Numbered from the stretch's first letter, positions 1 to 9,854 are shown. The stretch: DNA of 64,000 bases from an uncultured Nitrospiraceae bacterium (GCA_963846575.1 CAWJWJ010000002.1:1280001-1344000), one strand, 5' to 3'. The notes: a model not told the origin generated them from the sequence alone. Numbers and translations are program-made.

Positions 1-593
1 CCTGCCAGCACGCCAATCACGCCCGCTTCCTGACAGGACGCCACCAGGCCCTCGGGCGGCGGCTTTTTGAAGACGCAACGATAACAAGCGGACTTTTTGG
101 GAATAATCGTAGTCACACGGCCGTCGAATCGAAGGATGCCTCCGTGGACAAGCGGCTTTCCTGCAAAAAAACAGGCATCGTTGATGAGAAACTTCGTCGG
201 AAAGTTATCGACGCCGTCGAGCACCACATCGTACTCGCCGATTATCTTCAGGGCATTACCGGCCGTGAGACGTTCCTCATGCATCACTACGCTCACGTCA
301 GGATTCAGGGCCTGAATTTTCTCTTTGCCGGACAAGACCTTGGAACGTCCCACATCGGAGGTGTGATGAATGACTTGCCGCTGCAGATTGCTCAGGTCAA
401 CCACATCGCTATCGATCAGTCCGATGGTGCCGATTCCGGCGGCCGCCAGATACAGCGCGGCGGGCGAACCAAGACCGCCGGCCCCGACGACGAGCACCCT
501 CGCCTGGATAATCTTCTTTTGTCCTTTTCCGCCGACTTCGGGAAGAAGGATATGCCGGCTATACCGGTTGATCTGTGTTTCAGTGAATTCCAT
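1..593 (-). CDS. moeB: HesA/MoeB/ThiF family adenylyltransferase (3' end outside window)
   Basis: Not in ORF track; manual translation from ATG at 593 gives MEFTETQINRYSRHILLPEVGGKGQKK..VLVVGAGGLGSP..DVVDLSNLQRQ..CYRC..SCQEAGVIG, the E1-like signature motifs. Confidence 0.92.
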   Translation of the reverse strand, partial: MEFTETQINRYSRHILLPEVGGKGQKKIIQARVLVVGAGGLGSPAALYLAAAGIGTIGLIDSDVVDLSNLQRQVIHHTSDVGRSKVLSGKEKIQALNPDVSVVMHEERLTAGNALKIIGEYDVVLDGVDNFPTKFLINDACFFAGKPLVHGGILRFDGRVTTIIPKKSACYRCVFKKPPPEGLVASCQEAGVIGVLA

Positions 594-673
594 GGCGGTT
601 CTCGTCGCTCGTGAAAGGTGAAACCTTGAGGCTCTATCGCGAGATGGACTCCACGAGGCGCGGGTGACGCATC

Positions 674-1603
674 CTAAATGTTGAAATACTTCTCGATGCT
701 GATATAGCGCTCCCCGGTATCGCACAGGATCGTCACGACGTTTTTCCCCGGGCCCAGTTCCTCGGCAATCTTTTGTGCCGCGAACACGTTGGCGCCTGCA
801 GAAATGCCGACCAGGAGTCCCTCTTTTTTCGCAAGCAGTTTGGCGGTCTGGTAGGCTTCATCGTCGGTCACGGTTACCACGCGATCGAGCAATGTCCGGT
901 TCAGGACCTTGGGGATGAAGCCGGCACCGATGCCCTGAATCTTGTGGGGCCCTGGATCTCCGCCGGATAACACCGGTGATCCTGCCGGTTCCACAGCAAT
1001 GATCTTGGCTGCCGGATTGCGTCCCCGGATGACCTCGCCGCAACCCGTAATCGTGCCGCCCGTTCCCACGGCTGCGACGAATGCATCAACCCGCCCATCG
1101 AGAGCTTCCACAATTTCTGGTCCCGTGGTTTTCCGATGCATGTCAGGATTGGCCGGATTCGAGAATTGGTCGGGCATATAGTAAGACGGGTTCTGCGCGA
1201 CGATACTCTCGGCTTCCTTGATCGATCCCTTCATGCCTTCCCACGCTGCTGTCAGTACCAGTTGTGCTCCATAGGAGGAGAGAAGACTGGCTCGCTCCAT
1301 ACTCATGCTTTCAGGCATGACCAGAATGAGTTTATACCCGCGCACTGCTGCCACTAGGGCCAAGCCGATGCCCGTATTGCCGCTGGTCGGTTCGACGATC
1401 GTTCCGCCGGGCTTCAGTTTGCCCAGCCGCTCCGCCTCGTCGATCATATTCAGGCAGATGCGATCCTTGATACTACCACCCGGATTGAACGATTCCACTT
1501 TGCCGTAAATCGTGGCCGAACCGGGTTTGCTCAGCCGGTTGAGACGGACCAGCGGGGTGCGCCCGATCAACTCGGTGATATCTGGGTGGGCCCTGAGGGT
1601 CAC
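674..1603 (-). CDS. cysK: Cysteine synthase A / O-acetylserine sulfhydrylase family
   Basis: PLP motif NPGGSIKDR, EPTSGNTGIG, GTGGT, HKIQGIG, DTGERY. Confidence 0.95.
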   Translation of the reverse strand: MTLRAHPDITELIGRTPLVRLNRLSKPGSATIYGKVESFNPGGSIKDRICLNMIDEAERLGKLKPGGTIVEPTSGNTGIGLALVAAVRGYKLILVMPESMSMERASLLSSYGAQLVLTAAWEGMKGSIKEAESIVAQNPSYYMPDQFSNPANPDMHRKTTGPEIVEALDGRVDAFVAAVGTGGTITGCGEVIRGRNPAAKIIAVEPAGSPVLSGGDPGPHKIQGIGAGFIPKVLNRTLLDRVVTVTDDEAYQTAKLLAKKEGLLVGISAGANVFAAQKIAEELGPGKNVVTILCDTGERYISIEKYFNI

Positions 1604-1800
1604 CGGCCACCGCCCATGTAGAAGAGAAATTCCACGTGATCGCCGTCTTTCAATTGGGTGGTCTCGAGATGTGTTCGCTCAAGCATGGTGTCATTGACCT
1701 CGACCGCCACCATTTGGGGTTCGATACTCTTGGCCTTCAAGAGATCCAGCACAGTCCCCCCTGCGATACTCTCAGACTTGCCGTTGATCATGACCTGCAT
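1600..1800 (-). CDS. thiS: ThiS/MoaD family sulfur carrier protein
   Basis: MQVMINGK..VAVEVN..LKDGDHVEFLFYMGGGR; start moved to ATG 1800 (GGAG RBS); overlaps cysK start by 4 nt. Confidence 0.88.
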   Translation of the reverse strand: MQVMINGKSESIAGGTVLDLLKAKSIEPQMVAVEVNDTMLERTHLETTQLKDGDHVEFLFYMGGGR

Positions 1801-1840
1801 TATCCGCTCCTGGGAAGGTAAGAGTCTAAAGAATTTCAAC

Positions 1841-1870
1841 ACGTTAGCAAACGGCTTCTTGATTTGTCAA
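1841..1870 (-). promoter_or_regulatory. Candidate sigma70 promoter for thiS-cysK-moeB
   Basis: Minus strand TTGACA-18nt-TAACGT with TG immediately upstream of the -10. Confidence 0.45.
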
Positions 1871-1992
1871 GACAACCGGCCCTTGTAAGTCGATGCGAAT
1901 AGTGCATTGCCAGCGTCATGCGGTATTGCCAGCCGCTTTCTTGACTTTCACCATGGCTAGCTTACAGTATGCGCCGGTCCGGAGGGTAGGGA

Positions 1993-2370
1993 ATGTGGAA
2001 GAAAAATTTCTTATTTCGCGCGCATGAGGCGGCTCCGCTGAAAGAGTCGGAAAACGAACTTTTTCATGATGCAGAACCGGCCTTGGACAGTGCCGGGCTT
2101 CAAATGGAAAAGTTTCTCTCGGTCTGGGTGCAGGGTGAAGGTGAAGACGACAGCCCCACGATGTACACGAATCTGTATGTCAGAACGGCCACGTTGGATT
2201 TTCGAACACGCGCCGGCTTTCTCCAGCCTCTACAAGGCCGCACGCATCAGATTAAACAAATGCTGACGCCGGAGCAAAAAGGATTTTTGCGGGGCTGGTT
2301 GTCGAAAACTTCGCCCCAAGCCTGGGAAGAGTCTGACGACCATTTTCGAACGCTGTTCGATCTCGACTGA
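1993..2370 (+). CDS. Conserved hypothetical protein
   Basis: 125-aa ORF with GGAGG RBS; no family recognised. Confidence 0.7.
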   Translation: MWKKNFLFRAHEAAPLKESENELFHDAEPALDSAGLQMEKFLSVWVQGEGEDDSPTMYTNLYVRTATLDFRTRAGFLQPLQGRTHQIKQMLTPEQKGFLRGWLSKTSPQAWEESDDHFRTLFDLD

Positions 2371-2743
2371 TTCGTTTTGAGCGGGATGTGGAAGAAATCC
2401 GCGAGCGGCGTGTTCGCCAGACAAAGTGACCAGGTAATTCTGGCGGCGTTCACGAGTCTCACGCGCCGCGGTCATGATGCTGCGAACTGCCGCTCCTCCA
2501 CCCAGCTTCTCTGCGAAACGCGGTTGTTCGTGACTGGTCTGGTCGGGCAGGTCCTGGACAGGCGCGGTGTGGCGCAGAACACTACACGGTCAACATCCCG
2601 CCGGCATTCTCAACCATGACGCTCATCCACTTTAGTCCTACGGACCTTGCTGCAATCTCGTATGAGGACCCCATTGAGAGCCCCGCGGCTGGCTGCGGTA
2701 TCACCGCTGACAGGCAGCAGCTCGCCGGTTCGGGGCTGTTCAC

Positions 2744-3319
2744 ATGATCGTTCCTCAGCCGTGCAGGACTCGAATAGGTCATCCGATTTCCACTCGTCTG
2801 GTCGTCTGGGCTATTGTGAGCGCCTGCGCTCCGGTGCTGATCCCCGTAGACGCCTCCGCCGCTATCGATATCTATTATGCCCCTGAGGACCAGCCCCTTG
2901 ATCATGTCGTCGCCCTCTATGCCCGGGCGACCCGCCATATCTATGTGTCGGTGTACGCGCTCACGGCACCATCGGTGGTGAAGGCGCTGATGGAGGCCAA
3001 ACGACGTGGCGTGGACGTGCGTGTCATCACCGACCGCGAACGACTGACGGACCCCAAGCAGCAGAGTGCGATCAACACCCTCCGGCTTGCCGGGGTTCCC
3101 ATCCGGATCAACCGCCACGATGGATTGATGCATTTGAAGCAGGTCGTGATCGACGATGAAATCAATATCTCCGGGTCGGCGAATCACACGACGAGTGGCA
3201 ACCGTTATAATGACGAGCGGCTTGATGTCATCACGGATGCACGGTTGACCGCCAAGGCCCGCGAGAAATTTTTAGCCATGTGGAACGACCGGACGCGATT
3301 TGAGGGATGGACGAAGTAG
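2744..3319 (+). CDS. Phospholipase D family (Nuc-like) protein, likely exported
   Basis: Single HKD motif HLKQVVID followed by SGSAN; hydrophobic N-terminal segment. Confidence 0.85.
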   Translation: MIVPQPCRTRIGHPISTRLVVWAIVSACAPVLIPVDASAAIDIYYAPEDQPLDHVVALYARATRHIYVSVYALTAPSVVKALMEAKRRGVDVRVITDRERLTDPKQQSAINTLRLAGVPIRINRHDGLMHLKQVVIDDEINISGSANHTTSGNRYNDERLDVITDARLTAKAREKFLAMWNDRTRFEGWTK

Positions 3320-3343
3320 GTCGAGGGACGCCGCTGCAGAACC

Positions 3344-4609
3344 ATGATTGAAACCGATGTGGCCATTGTCGGCGCGGGCGGGGGAGGCGCTGTCCTGGCG
3401 CTGATGCTCGCGCAGAAGGGCGTGCATTCGGTGGTGCTGGAGCGGGCCGCAGGACCGCCACAGGGGTTGCGAGGGGAAATCCTGCAGCCGAACGGCCAAC
3501 GGGTGTTGGACCGTCTGGGGCTACTGGACAAACTGCCGCCCCATGCCACTCGGTCGATCACGCGCTTCAACTTCTGCCGGGCGGGTGGAGAACGGCTTTG
3601 CACGGTTGATTATGGTGAGCTGCCGGCTCCGTATAATCGCGCGGTGGTGACGTTGCCGAATGTGGCGCACCATGCCATTCTCGATGCGCTGGAAAAGCAG
3701 AATCCCGGGGCGCTTTGGTATGACTCCACGTTTACCGGCCTTCGGTACGACGGGGCGCGCGTGATCGGCTTGCAGGCCACCCGGCACGGCGAGCCGGTCG
3801 ATGTGTCCGCGCGGCTGGTCATCGGCGCGGACGGCGCGTTTTCAAAAGTTCGGGAGTCTCTCGGCATTGCTGCGCAGGTGCATCGATATCCAGAAAGTTA
3901 TCTCATTGCGATTCTCAAGGCTCCCCCAAACTTCGACGAGGCGCGGTACCTGGTGGGCAGGCGCGAAATCCTGGGCCTGTTTCCCGCCGCCGGGCAACAG
4001 GTCTATGCCTTCTATATGATCAAATCCGGATCGTACGACGCGGTCAAAGCTGAAGGCCTCGAGGCGCTGCGGCGGGCCTGGGTTCGTATCGATCCCGCCA
4101 CGGAAGGCATTGCCCAAGGATTGGTCGATTGGAGCCAGACGGGATACATGCCGACGGGGCGCGTAAAAACCGATCGATGGGTGGCGGACGGCGCATTGCT
4201 CATCGGCGATGCGGCCCATGCCATGAATCCTCATGCTTCCCAGGGTCGAATGCAAGCCATGGTAGATGCGGTGGTGGTGGCGGATCTGATCCCCGGCTGG
4301 TTGAAAAAAGATGATTTCTCCGCTGAGTCGTTACGTGCGTTCGAAGTCGCCAGGCGGCCGCAGGTGACGATGTTGCAGCAGTTGGCCGATGAGCAATGTC
4401 GATTCTGGAATACCGGCAATCCGCTGGTAGCCTTTATGCGGGACCGGGTCTTCCGAACGCTGGACCGCAATGCGCGTCTGCGCTACCGCGTGCTCTCCAC
4501 CACGGCAGGCCTGCGAACCAACCCGCCGTTTTCCTTGTTGGATCGGATCATGGCAGCGGGCTTGCTGCCCGATCCGGGCGCGCAGATGAGATCGCCCGAT
4601 GAAACATGA
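3344..4609 (+). CDS. FAD-dependent monooxygenase (UbiH/PheA-like)
   Basis: VAIVGAGGGG, IGADG and LIGDAAH flavoprotein fingerprints. Confidence 0.9.
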   Translation: MIETDVAIVGAGGGGAVLALMLAQKGVHSVVLERAAGPPQGLRGEILQPNGQRVLDRLGLLDKLPPHATRSITRFNFCRAGGERLCTVDYGELPAPYNRAVVTLPNVAHHAILDALEKQNPGALWYDSTFTGLRYDGARVIGLQATRHGEPVDVSARLVIGADGAFSKVRESLGIAAQVHRYPESYLIAILKAPPNFDEARYLVGRREILGLFPAAGQQVYAFYMIKSGSYDAVKAEGLEALRRAWVRIDPATEGIAQGLVDWSQTGYMPTGRVKTDRWVADGALLIGDAAHAMNPHASQGRMQAMVDAVVVADLIPGWLKKDDFSAESLRAFEVARRPQVTMLQQLADEQCRFWNTGNPLVAFMRDRVFRTLDRNARLRYRVLSTTAGLRTNPPFSLLDRIMAAGLLPDPGAQMRSPDET

Positions 4610-4866
4610 GGCGTTGAGTTTTCCATCTGGGCAAGAATGACCGAATCGGCGGGGTGCTCACGCGTATCGTCCAGTAAGGTGCAACAACGTCCCCGCCGCG
4701 AAGTATAATGAGTTTCATGCGTGTGGCCGCCGGCGAAGGGAATGAGCCGGGGCCTCACGTGCGTTCCTGCCTCATCCCCCGGCTGCCGGATGGGCGCGTT
4801 CCCGATAGGGGATAGGGCCGCCGGCTGAATCTTCAGCAACCCGGTACAACGACAACAGAGGTACTT

Positions 4867-5625
4867 GTGACACAGCCTACCGCACTCGATGTTCCCTCGG
4901 AAGTTCAACAACTCCTACAGCGATATGTCAAAGAGACCAGTGCTTTACTCGGCTCACAGCTCGAGGGAATTCTGCTCTACGGAAGCGCCGTGCGCGGGGA
5001 GTTCCTTCCCGGCCGATCCAATATCAATCTGCTCCTCATGATGTCCGGCTATGACCGTGAATGTTTGAAACGGTACGCCAAGTCGCATCGACGATGGAGT
5101 CGCGAACAGTTTGTCGTGCCGCTGGTGCTGACCGAAGCTGACCTTACAAGACCAGGCACGGTCTATCCGCTCGAATACCTTGAAATTCAAGAGCAGCATC
5201 GGGTGTTGTGGGGACGAGATCCCTTTATCGGTATGCACATTGACCGCACGCATCTAGGCTATCAGGTGCGGCAGGGCATTGAAGGAAACCTGGTGCGACT
5301 GCGGCAGCGGTTCATCGAAGGGGGTGGCACGGAAGAAGCCATTGCCATGCTGTTGCCCTTGTCCCTGACGGCGCTGCTGCCCTGCTTGCGTGGTCTGCAG
5401 CGGCTTGCGGGGCAGGCGCCGCTGTTTCAGTCGGAAGCGCTCCTGAGTGGGATCCAGGCTATGACGGGACTCGATCTGGCCGGGTTGACCGATGTGCTTC
5501 ATTTGAAGCGCGGGATCATCACCCCCGGGCCGGTCGAGGTGCCTCGATTGTTCGATCGATATGCCGCCGATCTCGTGGCAGTAGTCGCACTGGTCGGACC
5601 GGACGGGAAAGTGGCCGCACGATGA
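4867..5625 (+). CDS. Nucleotidyltransferase-domain protein
   Basis: LYGSAVRGE..SNINLL Pol-beta-like motif; coupled to the TPM gene. Confidence 0.75.
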   Translation: MTQPTALDVPSEVQQLLQRYVKETSALLGSQLEGILLYGSAVRGEFLPGRSNINLLLMMSGYDRECLKRYAKSHRRWSREQFVVPLVLTEADLTRPGTVYPLEYLEIQEQHRVLWGRDPFIGMHIDRTHLGYQVRQGIEGNLVRLRQRFIEGGGTEEAIAMLLPLSLTALLPCLRGLQRLAGQAPLFQSEALLSGIQAMTGLDLAGLTDVLHLKRGIITPGPVEVPRLFDRYAADLVAVVALVGPDGKVAAR

Positions 5626-6356
5626 GGAGACATGCGATGACATGGTATGTCTCCGCGGCATTGTGGTGTGCGCTCTTACTGGTGGCGCCTTCGGCTGGTG
5701 ACGCGCGGGACCCTGTGCCGGCCTATGACCCGCTCGGGTATGTCAGCGACCACGCGGGAGTGATCGATGCGGAATGGCGCGAGCGAATAAGGTCGGTCTG
5801 CCAGGATCTCGAACGGAAGACCGGCGTCGAAATGGTGGTGGTCAGCGTGCCGTCGTTGAAGCCCTATGCATCCGCCAATGACTATGCGATGGGTCTGTAT
5901 CAAAAGTGGGGCATCGGCTCTGCTCAGGATGAACATGGAGTCCTGGTCTTGTTGTCGGTCCAGGAACGTCAGGCGGCTGTGACCATGGGACGGCGAATGC
6001 TGCCGGTGATGGGCGGCCAGGTGGTCGGCCAGGTGGGGCACGATTATCTGGATCCGGCCATCAAGAATGGCCACTTCGGCGAAGGCCTCTATCGCACGGT
6101 CGTGGGGTTGGCCTCTGTTTCACAGGAGATTCGTGTCGGTGCGATCAAGAAGACACACTTTCGCGGCCTCGGGTTTTGGATCACGATCTTTACCGTGAGC
6201 GGAGCCCTCTGGTTCCTGTGGTGGCTGAGCCGTCCTGATCTCCGGCATCCCTTTGCGCGCCTGCGGCGCGGAGAATACTGGGGAAGCGGACAGGGCGGGT
6301 TCGGCGGAAACTTCGGCGGGCTGGGTGGAGGAACGAATGGGGAGGGGTGGAAGTAG
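5622..6356 (+). CDS. TPM domain membrane protein
   Basis: Signal peptide, YVSDHAGVID..KWGIG..GVLVLLS, TM helix, Gly-rich tail. Confidence 0.85.
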   Translation: MRRHAMTWYVSAALWCALLLVAPSAGDARDPVPAYDPLGYVSDHAGVIDAEWRERIRSVCQDLERKTGVEMVVVSVPSLKPYASANDYAMGLYQKWGIGSAQDEHGVLVLLSVQERQAAVTMGRRMLPVMGGQVVGQVGHDYLDPAIKNGHFGEGLYRTVVGLASVSQEIRVGAIKKTHFRGLGFWITIFTVSGALWFLWWLSRPDLRHPFARLRRGEYWGSGQGGFGGNFGGLGGGTNGEGWK

Positions 6357-6544
6357 AGGAGGGAGTGGGTGTGCAGGCCTCTTGGCCGCCTCACGGCTCC
6401 GCCGGCCTGCGCAAATGTGACGCTCGTGATTCCCCGCGTCGCGCACATCGAGGAACGCGCATACGCGGCCCTCTCTCAATCAAACGACCAGCCAGCCTAG
6501 CAGTTGTCAATGCTGTGATTTTTGAATGGTTTGCCTCCTGCGTC

Positions 6545-6940
6545 CTACCGTGAAGGACCTTGTAACTGAGCCATCATGGCGGCCGGATCCCAGTAACCCC
6601 ACATCTGCTCGATCTTTCCATCGGGGTTGACTTCGAACACATCGATACCCTCGAAGGAAACCTCCCGGCCATTCTTCCCGGTACCGCGTCCCGTGAACTT
6701 CACCGCGACACGGTTGCCGGATGAGAACACATGGTCTTCCTTCAGTCCGAGATTCTGGAAGGCCTCGAGGACGCCGGCTAGAAATGCGCGCAGAGCGGTT
6801 TTACCGTGTAATGGCGCGGACGCCCCCGGCTCGTAGCTGATGGCCTGTTCCGCGAAGCAGGTTGACCATGCGTCCGGGTCCATGTTCCTGATGGCGGCAA
6901 AATACTTGGGGATCACCGGCGGGATTGGCTGGGATGCCAT
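6545..6940 (-). CDS. SnoaL/NTF2-like family protein
   Basis: YFAAI..FAE..FEGIDVFEVNPDGKI..YWD pattern; AAGGAGG RBS. Confidence 0.85.
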   Translation of the reverse strand: MASQPIPPVIPKYFAAIRNMDPDAWSTCFAEQAISYEPGASAPLHGKTALRAFLAGVLEAFQNLGLKEDHVFSSGNRVAVKFTGRGTGKNGREVSFEGIDVFEVNPDGKIEQMWGYWDPAAMMAQLQGPSR

Positions 6941-7312
6941 GTCGGTCCTCCTTTGTTAACCAACAGACAGGTTACTCGACGATGGGGACTGAGAATTCTA
7001 CTGTCACATGGAATACGAAATCCCTCCGGGCGTTGGACTTACTCGTCTCGGCGCATCAGTGCTTTTTTCAATGGGCGGTGATCGGCCGGGTAAGCATACC
7101 CCTGAGCGGATACAATTGACAGCAACCCGGCGGTGGGAACGGAGCATGTGGTTCTTTGCTGTCCCTTGCGCTAGACTTTGAAGAGGACAACAGCAACCAT
7201 TTCAGCCGTAGGTGCCGGACGCTGTATGAACCAATGCCCCTTCTCGGCAGGAGCGTTTTACGTAGAAACGAAGGCATATCGATAGGTCGGCCATTCGACA
7301 AGAAAGCGTCTT

Positions 7313-7687
7313 ATGATAGTAGAAGTCGAATCAAATGAGAATTGTGATGCCAGCCTCTTTGCCCGTTTCAAGGAGGCCGGCGCTCCTCGCGCCGTGGTGC
7401 AGATCCGGCTTTCAGAACGGAACCCTGCCGGTGAGTGGTGTTGGATCACCGGGTGGAGTGATGATCCGCGGACGCCCGTCTGCCCGGCCTACGTTCAAGT
7501 CGTTGAGGACTCTGGTTCGGGGCTGGCCCACCTCGTGTATGGCGGGCTCTATGGTCTACGATTCAAACCCGTGAGCGTGGATGAGCCTTGGAGTCTTCAA
7601 AGTCCCAATCAATGGGGAGATGCGTACCTCTCGCTGGCTGATGATCATGACCTGCGGTATGCCGGCTTCGATATCGCCTCGGGGTGA
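7313..7687 (+). CDS. Hypothetical protein
   Basis: 124-aa ORF with protein-like composition. Confidence 0.6.
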   Translation: MIVEVESNENCDASLFARFKEAGAPRAVVQIRLSERNPAGEWCWITGWSDDPRTPVCPAYVQVVEDSGSGLAHLVYGGLYGLRFKPVSVDEPWSLQSPNQWGDAYLSLADDHDLRYAGFDIASG

Positions 7688-7930
7688 AGTCTTCGCGGAT
7701 CCCGGATGCCCTGTCAGAGTCTTACTCGGGCGTAAACAGACCGGACGGTTTCACCAGACAGATATGTCTATGTGAAAGCCAGTCTCCGGTCGCCACTGGT
7801 CTCGATGGAACCTTGTTGATCTTTGTGTTCGGGGTGTAGAATAGAATCTTGACAGTCCATGCTTCGGACGACCGGGGTATCTCCGGTCGGCTCATCAGCG
7901 AATGACCACCTTCAGCCTGGAGGTGCGTAT

Positions 7931-8119
7931 ATGTTTTCTGCCTGGAATCTCAACACGTGGATCGCGAGCCTGGGAGCGGTGCTGTTCATCGGCAGTCTTC
8001 TCACTGGTTTCGCTGCCCTTGTCACTGTCCTGATGTCTCGCGTCTGGAGAGAAGACCCGGATCTCGCAGACGTGCCTCTCTCGAGCCCTGAGACCAAGGA
8101 CATTCGCAGGGCCGCGTAA
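7931..8119 (+). CDS. Small single-TM membrane protein
   Basis: GGAGG RBS before ATG 7931; hydrophobic stretch WIASLGAVLFIGSLLTGFAALVTVLM. Confidence 0.6.
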   Translation: MFSAWNLNTWIASLGAVLFIGSLLTGFAALVTVLMSRVWREDPDLADVPLSSPETKDIRRAA

Positions 8120-8255
8120 CCCGCGCTCCGGTGCTCCCCCGCTCCTCAGTGTCTGTCGACCTAGGCCTGCACGACGCGTGCGGTGATGGCAAAGCGGGCC
8201 AGGGGAGCCACCTCCTGCACGGGTGTGAGGCGTTGAATCTGGTTTATGCGGCCCA

Positions 8256-8351
8256 CCGAGCCTGGTGAGTGAATCCAGGCTCGGAGAGAACCTGACATCC
8301 GCGCCCGCCCGGATGATGAGAACAATAAGATGAAGAGCCTTATTAGGTCAG
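8256..8351. other. Inverted-repeat / candidate structured leader upstream of the CBS gene
   Basis: Perfect 10-bp stem CCGAGCCTGG/CCAGGCTCGG plus a possible 3-way junction. Confidence 0.35.
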
Positions 8352-8488
8352 CCAACGGGATCGGGGGTTTTGATCGTGCTCTGGGAGAAATGCAGCGCCG
8401 CTATCGAACTGGGGAAAGTGGCGCGTGACCACAGGTTGCCTGAGCGTGCGGATCCGGTTGTATTGCCCCACAGAGAAGGGAGGCGACG

Positions 8489-8911
8489 ATGCCGTACAAC
8501 ATTGCCTCAAAAATTGTCCGTAGAGTGGTCATGATCGATGAGCACCGTTCTGTACTCGAGGCCGCGATGCTCATGGCCGAAGAGTTTGTCGGATCGGCAG
8601 TGATCACCAGCGCATCAAAAACGACCGGTATCTTTACCGAGCGGGACCTGATGATGCGTGTCGTGGGAAAGAAGCTGGATCCCGCAGCGGTCACAATCAA
8701 GGATGTGATGACGAAAGACATGGCCATCGTGAGTCCGAAGGACAGCGCGAACTATTGCTTGGACTTGATGAAGGCCTACCGCTGCCGCCATCTGCTGGTG
8801 TTCGAGGGCGAGGAGTTTGTCGGGGTTGTCTCGCTCCGGGATTTGGTGGCGCTACTCGTCGAGGAAAAGGAGGAGCTGATCGCCTCGCTCCAGCAATATA
8901 TCTGTTCCTGA
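8489..8911 (+). CDS. CBS domain protein
   Basis: GIFTERDL..DVMT..GVVSLRDL tandem CBS pattern; GGAGG RBS. Confidence 0.9.
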   Translation: MPYNIASKIVRRVVMIDEHRSVLEAAMLMAEEFVGSAVITSASKTTGIFTERDLMMRVVGKKLDPAAVTIKDVMTKDMAIVSPKDSANYCLDLMKAYRCRHLLVFEGEEFVGVVSLRDLVALLVEEKEELIASLQQYICS

Positions 8912-9084
8912 CTTGGCTGCGGGTGTTTCAGGACGGAGGCGAACTAAGTCTCCGATGCGAGCAATTTATTCGTCGCGCGCGCTTACGCGGTCCTGCACCC
9001 GGAAGCATGGTGTGACAACGCGGGCAATTCATGGTCACTTCTTTTGCAAACTAGCGGCTCCATTCTTCCTCGATAACAGCAGCC

Positions 9085-9400
9085 CACTCGTGTGAAGTCC
9101 AGATCAAGCAGGCGGAACTCTCGGCCCTGTGAGCCTGAAGAACCTGTGTATCAAACCGCTGTCTGACCTTAAGCTCAGATAAACAGCGAGGATGCGGTCC
9201 TGTCTGCACGCATCTGAGGAGGTGTGGCCGCTCGTCACGGTTACGGCTTGTTAGATGAGGACCTGAGGTCCGGCATGCCGACGCCGCTTGGTGAGCGTGA
9301 TCGCGCGCTGGCAGGGGAGGTCGTTGAGTTAAGTCAGGCGAACGCTCACTTATGACGGGGGATCAGGGGTAGCCTATGCCGGTAGGGCGCCTGTCAACGT
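9085..9400 (+). ncRNA. Candidate unannotated structured RNA (boundaries approximate)
   Basis: At least six consecutive helices, five containing G-U pairs on the + strand; no ORF of 60 aa or more. Confidence 0.45.
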
Positions 9401-9422
9401 GGGGGGTGTGAGAATCGGCGGG

Positions 9423-9854
9423 TTATCCCCTTTTCGGGACCGTGCGTCCTTCTTCCAAGTCCTGCAGATCGGCCCAACTCGTGAGGTCGGTTCGCGCAGG
9501 GTCGACAGCATCGCGGTATTTGTTGAAAGAAGCCTGCTTCTCCGGCGTGGTCGGACCACGGCTGAGCATCATGCTGTTCCATTCCTCTAACTCAACCTGC
9601 CTGTGCGGTCGGGCCGTATGGCGAAACCACTGGGCGACCCCGTCGTCGGTCTGGTTGCCAGTCACCGCCGCAGTGAACTGTTCGGCAGTGATGCCCGCAT
9701 ACTCCAGAAGCCGATCGTCCATAGGGCAGGGATAGATATATTCGCCCTCGGTTCCCGCCAGCACGGCGCGGCATTTGTCGATCATGCGCCCGAGGTGCAC
9801 ATAACCTTCCAATCTGGCGCGCATGCTGCGCGGAAACCCCCGTCGTAAGTCCAT
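9423..9854 (-). CDS. DUF5069-like protein
   Basis: PRS..L.GYVHLGRMIDKCRA..GEYIYPCPMD..DLEEGR. Confidence 0.8.
   Translation of the reverse strand: MDLRRGFPRSMRARLEGYVHLGRMIDKCRAVLAGTEGEYIYPCPMDDRLLEYAGITAEQFTAAVTGNQTDDGVAQWFRHTARPHRQVELEEWNSMMLSRGPTTPEKQASFNKYRDAVDPARTDLTSWADLQDLEEGRTVPKRG

Noticed and set aside
1993..2397. 12-bp direct repeat ATGTGGAAGAAA at 1993 and 2386
   Set aside because: Only two copies, no element between them; chance or minor duplication
8292..8351. Hammerhead ribozyme (TGATGAG in a 3-way junction)
   Set aside because: Lacks the CUGANGA/GAAA core in the required positions
9085..9145. Partial resemblance to a cobalamin riboswitch (GTGAAGTCC..CCCTGTGAGCCTGAAGAACCTG)
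   Set aside because: No GGGAA or GCCACTG core and no downstream gene on that strand; kept only as part of the unknown RNA candidate
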